A DNA stretch of 16,248 bases from Verrucomicrobiales bacterium (GTDB lineage: Bacteria > Verrucomicrobiota > Verrucomicrobiia > Verrucomicrobiales > V1-33): the NCBI GenBank assembly GCA_031411295.1, contig JANOAV010000023.1, positions 1 to 16,248 on the forward strand, written 5' to 3'. The translations under genes and the position numbers were made by a program. Of the stretch, positions 8,840 to 16,248 are shown piece by piece. Within the stretch, counting starts at the first letter, position 1. Each line of letters begins with the position of its first letter. The notes under the pieces were generated by a model, which saw only the letters and a list, made by a program, of their open reading frames with translations, was not told the DNA's origin and searched no databases.

Positions 8840-9931
8840 CTAATTACCCCAATTTTTCTTACCCGTCATCATCGTCCAATAAGTGGCTACCGGACCTACG
8901 CCCAAGGTGTTGGGTCCATCGGCAAACATGATGAAGCGGTGACCGTCACTGCCCCACCAGGCCCCGTAGGCTTCCGCTGCTCCGGGACTGCCCATGAAAA
9001 TATTCTCCCCGTTCCAACCACCGTCGAATTTCGCATTATTGGCGCGATCTCCCGGGGTCTTATTGGCGGCAACGGGTGATTCGTGGGCGAAGTAGCCCAT
9101 GGATTGCATTTCCTTGGAATGTCCCGTAGCCGCATCGCTCAGAGCCTGATCCAACCGCAGAGGTGCCAGATTCATGGTCGCGCGCTTGGCGTTAAGGATG
9201 GCGGCAAACGCTACGGTCGTCTTGGGAGCCCATTTGCAGGACTCGTTATGCTTCAGGACGGCGGCCTGCTCTGCATTGGATTTTTGACGGGTGAAGACAA
9301 ATTCCAAGGCTTGAAGCAACTCCGCTGCGGCTCCTAGTTCCTTGAGGTAGGTCTCAGGTTTTTTGAGCACCACTCCGACATTAGGATCATCCAAGAGTTC
9401 CAATTGCCGATCCAATTGTGCCAGTGGTGTGGTAGCCTCCGCGAGCGGTTTCCAGGCGGTCTCCGCCGCGCTTAGTTCTTTGTCCAACGCCTTGCGAAGC
9501 TTCTCGGTAGCCTCATGCTCCCGGCTGAGCATGGCGACTTTATCTGCTTCCTTGTGATAGTCCGTCTGAATCAGCGCCATCACTTCCGTGCGTTTGGCTT
9601 CCCAAGCTCCTGCGGAAATTTTGATTTGTCCCAGCGCAGGCACCCCGCGCTTCACCAAGACCTCCAGCGTGCGCCAATGGGCGGCTCTGGCCTGGCGGAA
9701 AAGCTCCTGCGCCTGCGTCTTGCAAGCGGTGCTTAGGCTGCGCTGTCGCAGCGCGTTGGCGGCCTTGATGCGGACGCCCTCGTTGGGGCTGGAAAGCATC
9801 TCCAAAGCTCGTTGGGCGGCATCCGCAGCCAACGGCAGCGTCTCCACTGCGGGCGGTTGATACGGCTCGGCAGCCAGAGCAATCGTGCCTAATGACAGCA
9901 AGTGGAGGAGGGGGAAAAGTCGGAAGTTCAT
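8840..9931 (-). CDS. Exported CAP (SCP/Tpx-1/Ag5/PR-1)-domain protein with helical/coiled-coil N-terminal region
   Basis: Signal peptide MNFRLFPLLHLLSLGTIALA-A from ATG 9931. C-terminal CAP motifs: LNAKRATMNLAPL...ALSDAATGHSKEM...YFAHESP...GENI...WWGSDGH...LGVG. Confidence 0.85.
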   Translation of the reverse strand: MNFRLFPLLHLLSLGTIALAAEPYQPPAVETLPLAADAAQRALEMLSSPNEGVRIKAANALRQRSLSTACKTQAQELFRQARAAHWRTLEVLVKRGVPALGQIKISAGAWEAKRTEVMALIQTDYHKEADKVAMLSREHEATEKLRKALDKELSAAETAWKPLAEATTPLAQLDRQLELLDDPNVGVVLKKPETYLKELGAAAELLQALEFVFTRQKSNAEQAAVLKHNESCKWAPKTTVAFAAILNAKRATMNLAPLRLDQALSDAATGHSKEMQSMGYFAHESPVAANKTPGDRANNAKFDGGWNGENIFMGSPGAAEAYGAWWGSDGHRFIMFADGPNTLGVGPVATYWTMMTGKKNWGN

Positions 9932-10035
9932 CGACGCAACTTGCGCCATAAAAAGGGTCTCAGCAAGTCCCGCCTGCGACAACCGAACGGCAACATGTCA
10001 GAGGTTTGCTTCCCGAATGAAATACGCATCCGCCA

Positions 10036-12246
10036 TTACGGCTGGGGCGGCAGTGGCAGCGGTCGGCGGGTCCTACTGGCAGCAGCCTCATTGCTCGATT
10101 CAGAAATCACGACGTGCCGTTTTTGGGCAAAAGCGTAACCATTGATGTTGAAATCTCTAACATTCAAAGTCACGGTGTCGTTTATTCGACCGGAAAAGGT
10201 TATCATATCATCCCCTAAATTGAGAACCTGTGACTGCTTGAGATCCTCGTCCGTAAGACCTTGCGCCATCAGGAGCGCCACCGCCTCCGTATCTTTGCGA
10301 CCCTGGCTGGATCGCGCCATCGCAACGAGAGTGGCATGTTGCGCCTCCGCATCAGGCAACGTCTTGGCCCAAGCAATGGCGGCAGTCGGATCATAGCCCA
10401 CCACGGCCTGGGAATAGGCGGCGGCAGTGTCTGCATAAGCCGGATCGGTGCGACGGTTTGTCTGACTGAGCCACGCTCCCGCTGCATCCGGATCCGTGCT
10501 GGCCCAGTTCGTAATGACTTGGGCGCGGGCCAGTCCCTTTTTATCTGGGGCTACTTTCTCCAAGGAATCCAGCCAGGTCATTGCTTCGGTGGCGCCAGTG
10601 TCGGAGACATAACTTGAGACAGACCTCAGCGATTCGGGTTCCAGGAACTCTTGGTATTGAACTGCCAGGGCAATGGATTCATCGGTGCGTCGATTGACCA
10701 ACGTGGCCCCCAGCAAGGCCTTGCGAATTTCATCATGACTACCGTCGGTCGGAAGGGTGGCGATCAGACTTGCGGCGGTTCCTGGTGGATCGTCATTGAT
10801 GTCCCCCACCGCCCAGTGGGCGGCTCTGGCCGGATTGACACTTCCCGCCACGGCTTGCGCGATGAGGTAATTCCGCGCTGCGGCCGGGTTGTTCAGTCTC
10901 ATGCCACCGGAGACGGCATTGATCAACTCTTCCATAACGTAAGGATTAGGTCCCCCAGACGGGGTTTGCATGGCGGCCAATTCTTGGGAGATCCAAGCCT
11001 GCGCGGCCGCCGTATCCTGTCCCGCCCAGCCGGCTAGTGCGGCTTCTCGCTCTCCACCGGAGCGAGCCACTGAGTTCTCTGGAAGGCTTGATAAATAAGC
11101 CAAAGCGGTGTTGCCATCCACTCCTGCCCAGGCTCGCAGAAATAGTTTCCATTCGTCAGCGGTGAGTTTATTTCCATTTCGGAGTTCGGTTAAGGTAGCG
11201 GAGGCAATGCGGGCGGCATCTGGCGTTAGGGTTGCCAGGAAATGATGGAACTGGTTCGACCGCCTGACAGGATCCTTGTCACTCGTAAGCTGCGTCCAGT
11301 CGATGGGCGCAATGGTATCCTGCATCAAACCGTTTGCCAAGCCGGGTGCTGACCCCCCAGTTCGAGGACCAGTTGTGGCCCCCGGCTGACGAGTAGGCAA
11401 TGATGGCGAGCGATCACTCGCAGCCGCTAACGTTTCCCGCAGCGCTTTATTTTCCCTCCAAAGCAATCCCAAGGGTAGAACAGCCAGGAGCAAGGTGGCG
11501 ATGAAGGTGGTAGTCTTGGGATGATTCATGGTTTCAAGGGTGTGATGGATTAAAGTGAGCCGCCCAATGTTGGGCGCGTTGGAGACGGCCTGGGTGGCGA
11601 GTTGGGAAGAATTGCACGGAGGGGATGAAGGTTTCGCACTGAGTGTTGCTCCCAGTCCCGCAGCGATGGCAACCACTCCCAGCGTGATGCCTTTCCTCCG
11701 CAGTAAATTGCCTAATTTTTCGAGTGCTCGTTCGGATTGCTTCTGACTGGCATCGGCGGATTTCCCTAACGTGTCGCCAATCAGTTGGAAACTTTTGCGT
11801 TCATGAAATCGCAGCAAGAGTAGATCACGATCGGCCGCAGAGAGTTCGGCCATGGCTTGATCGAGAAATGGCAGCGCCTCAGACCAACGTGGATCCTGGG
11901 TATCGGGAGTTAGGGAATGAATGTGGTTCATAAGCTCATGGAGGCGACGGATGGACAGGGCCGCACGACGCTGCGCCCGGCGGGATTCAAAGAGGGCCGT
12001 GCGACACAGCCACCCCGCCAGGGTGGGTCGGGCGCGGGCACTGCCGGCTTTGCGAGCCAGCATGGAAAAGACGTTTTGCACCGCCTCTTCAGCGGCTCCA
12101 GCATCGCCCACCTGCCGCCGCACTACGCCAGTCACCAGCCCCACATGACGTTCCACCAGTTTGCAAAACGCCTGTTGGTTCCCGTTCCTAGCATAGGCTA
12201 GCAGCAGGTCGGCATCGGTAATAGTGGGATCATCTGAGAGAGACAT
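10036..12246 (-). CDS. ECF-type sigma-70 factor with transmembrane anchor and long C-terminal helical-repeat extension
   Basis: Sigma2: DADLLLAYARNGNQQAFCKLVERHVGLV...AAEEAVQNVF...LAGWL. Sigma4: LDQAMAELSAADRDLLLLRFHERKSFQLIGDTLGKS...RALEKL. Hydrophobic segments GITLGVVAIAAGLGATL and TTFIATLLLAVLPLGLLW are followed by W-x3-D-P-x-AA-x2-W-like repeats. Confidence 0.9.
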   Translation of the reverse strand: MSLSDDPTITDADLLLAYARNGNQQAFCKLVERHVGLVTGVVRRQVGDAGAAEEAVQNVFSMLARKAGSARARPTLAGWLCRTALFESRRAQRRAALSIRRLHELMNHIHSLTPDTQDPRWSEALPFLDQAMAELSAADRDLLLLRFHERKSFQLIGDTLGKSADASQKQSERALEKLGNLLRRKGITLGVVAIAAGLGATLSAKPSSPPCNSSQLATQAVSNAPNIGRLTLIHHTLETMNHPKTTTFIATLLLAVLPLGLLWRENKALRETLAAASDRSPSLPTRQPGATTGPRTGGSAPGLANGLMQDTIAPIDWTQLTSDKDPVRRSNQFHHFLATLTPDAARIASATLTELRNGNKLTADEWKLFLRAWAGVDGNTALAYLSSLPENSVARSGGEREAALAGWAGQDTAAAQAWISQELAAMQTPSGGPNPYVMEELINAVSGGMRLNNPAAARNYLIAQAVAGSVNPARAAHWAVGDINDDPPGTAASLIATLPTDGSHDEIRKALLGATLVNRRTDESIALAVQYQEFLEPESLRSVSSYVSDTGATEAMTWLDSLEKVAPDKKGLARAQVITNWASTDPDAAGAWLSQTNRRTDPAYADTAAAYSQAVVGYDPTAAIAWAKTLPDAEAQHATLVAMARSSQGRKDTEAVALLMAQGLTDEDLKQSQVLNLGDDMITFSGRINDTVTLNVRDFNINGYAFAQKRHVVISESSNEAAASRTRRPLPLPPQP

Positions 12247-12548
12247 GATGGCAGGAAATCAGGCGGCAGCGAGTGTTGCTGTCACTAGAGAATGCCACCC
12301 CAAAGCAAAATCCGACAAACTTTCTGCAAAAAATAGTGCGTCAGAGTCCCTTTCGTCTCACGGGCGAGAACATAATCTGTTAGCGTTTGCTTCGAATCGC
12401 ATTATTTGCTGCTCCCCGTGGCAATTGCTAAATTCCATGGCAGGGAAACAAATTGGTGGAGGATCGTGTTACATTTCCCTCCCACTACGTCATAGACCAG
12501 TGGTAGCATGGGGCAGTGATCAGAGTTGTTTCTCCGGAAAACTCTTCG

Positions 12549-12608
12549 CGCTAAGAATTTAGCGAAAAAAGTTGCGCGCTACATTTTTAGCGCTAAAATT
12601 GTAGCGCG
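12549..12608. promoter_or_regulatory. Triple palindromic operator CGCTA-N6-TAGCG, putative binding sites for the downstream BlaI-family repressor
   Basis: Copies: 12549-12564 CGCTAAGAATTTAGCG, 12577-12592 CGCTACATTTTTAGCG, 12591-12606 CGCTAAAATTGTAGCG. The last two together form a 34-bp inverted repeat (12575-12608) with one mismatched pair. The half-sites contain the TACA/TGTA core known for BlaI/MecI/CopY operators. Confidence 0.8.
12572..12599 (+). promoter_or_regulatory. Putative sigma70 promoter for blaI-M56 operon, overlapped by the operator
   Basis: TTGCGC (12572-12577), 16-nt spacer, TAAAAT (12594-12599), about 60 nt upstream of the ATG at 12662. Confidence 0.5.
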
Positions 12609-12661
12609 GATTAATCCGCCGCTCACTCTGACTTTTAATCTGCCCGCGCTCCTACTGAATT

Positions 12662-13045
12662 ATGTCTAACACCGATGCTTTATCCCGCCGAGAACGCCAA
12701 ATCATGGATGCCGTGTATGCGCTGGGAGCAGCCACGGTGAACCAGGTATTGGAAAATATTCCAAATGCGCCCACTCCCATGGCGGTGCGCCGCATGATGC
12801 AAATCTTGGAAGAAAAAGGCCACCTGAAACGACTCGAGCAGGGCCGGGAAGTGGTCTATGCGCCGAAGGTGGCGAAGGTGAAGGCTGGCCGCACGGCATT
12901 CGAGAAAGTGCTGGAGACGTTCTTTGGCGGATCGCTGGAGGAGGCGCTATCAGCACATCTGCTGTCGCGGAAAGACAGCGTGAGCCCGGACGAAAAGAAG
13001 CGACTGGTGCACCTGATCGAACAAACGAGAAAGGAGGGCCGTTGA
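12662..13045 (+). CDS. BlaI/MecI/CopY family transcriptional repressor
   Basis: 127 aa: LSRRERQIMDAVY...ATVNQV...AVRRMMQILEEKGHL...GREVVYAP...VLETFFGGS, a winged-helix penicillinase-repressor pattern. It lies directly upstream of an M56 peptidase gene. Confidence 0.92.
   Translation: MSNTDALSRRERQIMDAVYALGAATVNQVLENIPNAPTPMAVRRMMQILEEKGHLKRLEQGREVVYAPKVAKVKAGRTAFEKVLETFFGGSLEEALSAHLLSRKDSVSPDEKKRLVHLIEQTRKEGR
13031..13037 (+). promoter_or_regulatory. Shine-Dalgarno for the M56 gene (translational coupling)
   Basis: AAGGAGG at 13031-13037 inside the end of blaI; TGA at 13043-13045, one nucleotide, then ATG at 13047. Confidence 0.7.
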
Positions 13046-13046
13046 G

Positions 13047-16000
13047 ATGAACCGATTGCTTTTACTTTCCGTAGCTGCTGTGCCGATGCTGCTGGATGCT
13101 TCTTTGAAAAGTGGTGTGCTGTTATTGGTAGCGGGTTTGTGCACTTTGGCGATGCGCCGTGCTTCTGCCGCCGCACGTCATGTAGTATGGGTGGCAGCCG
13201 TGTTGGCTTTGTTGTTGGTGCCTGTGTTGTCGGTGGTTTTGCCTAGGTGGCATGTGTTGCCTGGTTGGGCTGTCGTAGTGACCAATGAAGGGCCCCAAGT
13301 GACAAAAGAGACCAAAGTGACGCCAAGGACGGTGGCTTTGCCAGAGCCCGCCCCTGCCCTGGAAACGCCCGTGTCGTTACCGCCCGCTCCGTCTCTTTCG
13401 TCCTTTAATTCCCTTCCGTCCCTTTCCCCAGCCCCCGCAGCCACGATAGCCCCACCAGCCAGTCTCACCTGGCTCTGGCTAGTCCCAGCATGGGCTGCTG
13501 GCTGTGTCCTGCTACTACTGCGGCTCACGGCCTCTCATTTCCTGCTGCGCCTGGCTACTAGCCGCTGCGCAACAGCACCGGCTGGTCTTTTGCTAGCATT
13601 TAGCAGTGCAGCTCAAGAAAGCGGCCTGCGTCGACCCGTGCGGCTCCTGTTAGACCAACGACGCAGCATTCCCGTGGTCTGGGGCATTTTCCGCCCATGC
13701 CTGCTGCTTCCTGCGGAGAGCCTTCGTTGGGATGCGGGACAACTGCGGTCCGTGCTGCTGCACGAAATTGCCCACCTCCGCCGCCGTGATCCGCTGATGC
13801 AGTGCCTCATGCAGCTCGCCTGTGCCCTGCACTGGTTCAATCCCCTCGTCTGGCTGGCTGCGTGGCGGTTGCACGTAGAACGCGAGCGGGCTTGTGACGA
13901 TCTTGTGCTTGCTCGGGGCGTCAAACCTTCAGCTTATGCAGAGCACCTGCTGACAATTGCTACCCAGCTGTCCCCCGCCCGCTGGACCTCCGCCTGTGGC
14001 CTGGCCATGGCACGGAAGTCTGCCTTGGAAGGCCGCCTCCTCGCTGTGCTCAGCGAAAAACTTAACCGCCGCAGCGTGACCTCCGCGCTCGTCGGCATTG
14101 CGCTCGTCTTCGGTGCAGGCATCGCCATTCCCATCGCGATGCTGCGTGCGGCGGATGAAAAGAAGACCGGGCAGAAAGTAGCGGGCATCTCCGGAAAACT
14201 CGCGCCGGAGACCATCGCAAAGCTCAAGTGGGGCGAGCCGGTGAATGGCCTCCGCATGGCGCTCGCGTATCCGCCAGCGCTCGGTGACGGGCTGCTCGGC
14301 AAGAAGCCGCACTTCGAACTCGTCGTGCAAAACGTGTCGGAGAAAGAGATTCATTTCCTCGCGAGCGATGACGCTCCCAACCCGCGGAGAATGCTGATCC
14401 GCGAAGGAGAGCGAATCGTCCAGGGACTTCGCGATCATCTGGAAGTGTCACCAGCGGATTGGAAACTGCTGCCTGGCGAGTGTGGCGTGCTACGCCTGTT
14501 CGCGACGGAGGAGAGTAACAAAGCTGGCACGGTCCCAAGCTCAGCCATCGAAAGCGATCTGAGCAAGATTGGCCGCTACCACGCCATCGTAGAGATGGAG
14601 ATCGCGAAAGCGCCGCCGGGCGCGTGGACGGGCAAGCTCATCACCGGCCAGACGCGCGGCTCGGCGGATGTCGCCGCCGCACCTGCGCCGAAGCACAAGG
14701 ATGCCCGCGAAATTTACGAAATCTGGCTGCGTCATGCGCGGGCGAATGGCGACATTCCTGGTGCGATGGTCGGCGAACTGGCGGCGGCGGTGAAGGTATT
14801 TATCGGCTACAACCCGACTTGGGAGACGGTGCCGAAACTCAACGCGCTGCTCCCGCGCCTCGACGCCACGCACGACTGGAAATCGGCGGAAGCCATCGCG
14901 CTGCTCGACGAAGTCGCAGCGGTGAAGGATTCGCCACTCAGCATGGCGATGAGGAGGGGAACGAGACAAACGATTCGCAATGGTGAGGCGCTGCCGGAGA
15001 AGTTCGCGGATGCGGCATGGAGCGGCGGCAAAGCGAATGGCCTGCGCGCCGCATGGGTGCTGGAACCGGGCGCGGCGGAACAACGCATCGGTGCGGCGCT
15101 GAAGGCGCGGCTGCTGGTCTGGAATCCGGGGGCGGTTCCCGTCATGCTCCAGGTGCCGACGTGGTATCAGGGCGGGGTGAAAGCGACCGATGCGAAAGGT
15201 GCGGAGGTCGAAGTCTCCGGCATCTCGTGGACGACAGTTGCGCAGCTTGTCCCGTGTCGCCTCGGTCCGGGCGAATACATCGAAATCTACACACCCGGCA
15301 TCGGCTTCGGCCCGCGCGCGGGCATGGGGCCGTGGGCCGGGCCGCGCATCGGCTCGTCCGTGCTCGCGAAGCCGGGCGACGACGTCACGCTCACGCACAG
15401 CCCCGTCCCGCTCGACGGCAGCGAAGTCGGCATGAGTGAGGACGACCCGCACGTCATCGGTCCCGGCTGGTGGCAGGCGCACATCAAAACACGGCTCGCC
15501 CGCGAACTGCCGCTGCCCGCCGATGCCACCGAGCGCACGCGTCTGCTCGACCGAGCCGTGCGCGAGCTTTTCGCCACCGCGCCGACGGCGGAGGAAACCG
15601 CTGCGTTTGTCGCCGACCAAACGCCGGACGCGCTCGACGCGCTGATAAAGCGTCTCGCGGCGCGCGAGGATGTCGTGTCGTTCAGCGGGAAGCTGCCAAC
15701 CGCTCCGGCGAAGTTCCGCGTGACCGCCCATCCCCATTTTGACAACCAACCACGCGTTGTGCTCGGTCCTGGCGAGTATCCCGTCGGCCCTTCCGAAACG
15801 CTGAAAATTGTCGGCAAGCCAGTGGACGGACGCAGCACCAACGACGCTCAGATTGTCTTCGCGGCCAACGTGGGCACAGGAAAGCACGCGCCAGCCCCTC
15901 ACAAACTAGAAATCCCCGACGGTTGGGGCACATGGGCTATCGTCTGTCGTCCCTATGCAGGATTTTTCTACCTGCTGCACAAAGGCGGCGCGCGGAAGAT

Positions 16001-16248
16001 TGACTTCACGAACCCGCGCAAAGTCACCGACACACCCGCGACCGACCTCCCCGCCGAGTTCCGCGACGAAGTGAAGCGCCAGCTCGAAATCGCCGGAGTC
16101 TCCGACGCGCAGCAGGCGGAGGTTTTTGAAAAACCTGCGCCTCCATCGACAACGCCCGAGCCGAAGTCGGCGGGAGCGGTAAAACCAAAAAACGAATACG
16201 CCCTCGCTCATTTCCGGCACTTGCAAAAATACGCTCGTGAGAATGGCA
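13047..16248 (+). CDS. BlaR1-like M56 family metallopeptidase with very large modular ectodomain; 3' end outside the window (>1067 aa)
   Basis: Hand translation is open from ATG 13047 to the window end. It shows N-terminal TMs (LLDASLKSGVLLLVAGLCTLAMRRASAAARHVVW), IPVVWGIFRPCLLLP, zinc motif HEIAH at 13761, HWFNPLVW, ERERACDDLV and YAEHLL. The last TM, ALVGIALVFGAGIAIPIAML, is at ~14085-14145. Not in the ORF track because there is no stop in the window. Confidence 0.93.
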   Translation, partial: MNRLLLLSVAAVPMLLDASLKSGVLLLVAGLCTLAMRRASAAARHVVWVAAVLALLLVPVLSVVLPRWHVLPGWAVVVTNEGPQVTKETKVTPRTVALPEPAPALETPVSLPPAPSLSSFNSLPSLSPAPAATIAPPASLTWLWLVPAWAAGCVLLLLRLTASHFLLRLATSRCATAPAGLLLAFSSAAQESGLRRPVRLLLDQRRSIPVVWGIFRPCLLLPAESLRWDAGQLRSVLLHEIAHLRRRDPLMQCLMQLACALHWFNPLVWLAAWRLHVERERACDDLVLARGVKPSAYAEHLLTIATQLSPARWTSACGLAMARKSALEGRLLAVLSEKLNRRSVTSALVGIALVFGAGIAIPIAMLRAADEKKTGQKVAGISGKLAPETIAKLKWGEPVNGLRMALAYPPALGDGLLGKKPHFELVVQNVSEKEIHFLASDDAPNPRRMLIREGERIVQGLRDHLEVSPADWKLLPGECGVLRLFATEESNKAGTVPSSAIESDLSKIGRYHAIVEMEIAKAPPGAWTGKLITGQTRGSADVAAAPAPKHKDAREIYEIWLRHARANGDIPGAMVGELAAAVKVFIGYNPTWETVPKLNALLPRLDATHDWKSAEAIALLDEVAAVKDSPLSMAMRRGTRQTIRNGEALPEKFADAAWSGGKANGLRAAWVLEPGAAEQRIGAALKARLLVWNPGAVPVMLQVPTWYQGGVKATDAKGAEVEVSGISWTTVAQLVPCRLGPGEYIEIYTPGIGFGPRAGMGPWAGPRIGSSVLAKPGDDVTLTHSPVPLDGSEVGMSEDDPHVIGPGWWQAHIKTRLARELPLPADATERTRLLDRAVRELFATAPTAEETAAFVADQTPDALDALIKRLAAREDVVSFSGKLPTAPAKFRVTAHPHFDNQPRVVLGPGEYPVGPSETLKIVGKPVDGRSTNDAQIVFAANVGTGKHAPAPHKLEIPDGWGTWAIVCRPYAGFFYLLHKGGARKIDFTNPRKVTDTPATDLPAEFRDEVKRQLEIAGVSDAQQAEVFEKPAPPSTTPEPKSAGAVKPKNEYALAHFRHLQKYARENG

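Noticed and set aside
12060..12110. ECF as a phosphorylation substrate of the kinase in this window
   Set aside because: Region 2.2 reads DAGAAEEAVQ with no Ser/Thr at the DAED-equivalent position, and the kinase gene is over 5 kb away.
12370..12385. Possible fourth operator ACATAATCTGTTAGCG nearer the sigma gene
   Set aside because: Only the right half-site matches.
13178..16226. Minus-strand ORFs including the 453-aa 14541-15902
   Set aside because: Antisense shadows of the continuous, motif-bearing plus-strand M56 frame in high-GC DNA.
12662..16248. blaI/blaR1 as a beta-lactam resistance locus
   Set aside because: No beta-lactamase or PBP gene nearby and no penicillin-binding sensor domain in the visible part, so gene symbols were withheld.

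Overview
Bacterial chromosomal window, mostly 55-70% GC, with gene families typical of Verrucomicrobiota/PVC (taxonomy is inferred from gene content). From left to right: (1) a 5'-truncated Rhs/YD-repeat gene on the minus strand that runs off the window; (2) an AT-rich spacer with a ~30-bp-arm GCAGAG-repeat hairpin; (3) a 1037-aa FHA-Ser/Thr kinase-TM-TPR-LRR receptor-like kinase whose first LRR array is a low-GC segment; (4) an RlmI/RlmK-like SAM methyltransferase, fabF and a lone araB ribulokinase; (5) an exported CAP-domain protein; (6) a 736-aa membrane-anchored ECF sigma factor; (7) divergent from it, a BlaI/MecI/CopY repressor behind a triple palindromic operator, followed by a >1067-aa BlaR1-like M56 peptidase with a repetitive, non-penicillin-binding ectodomain. 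The Rhs and M56 genes are absent from the supplied ORF track and were translated by hand. I found no RNA genes, CRISPR arrays or transposases. The most notable theme is three separate transmembrane signalling systems with unexplained, modular sensor domains next to a polymorphic-toxin-type Rhs fragment.
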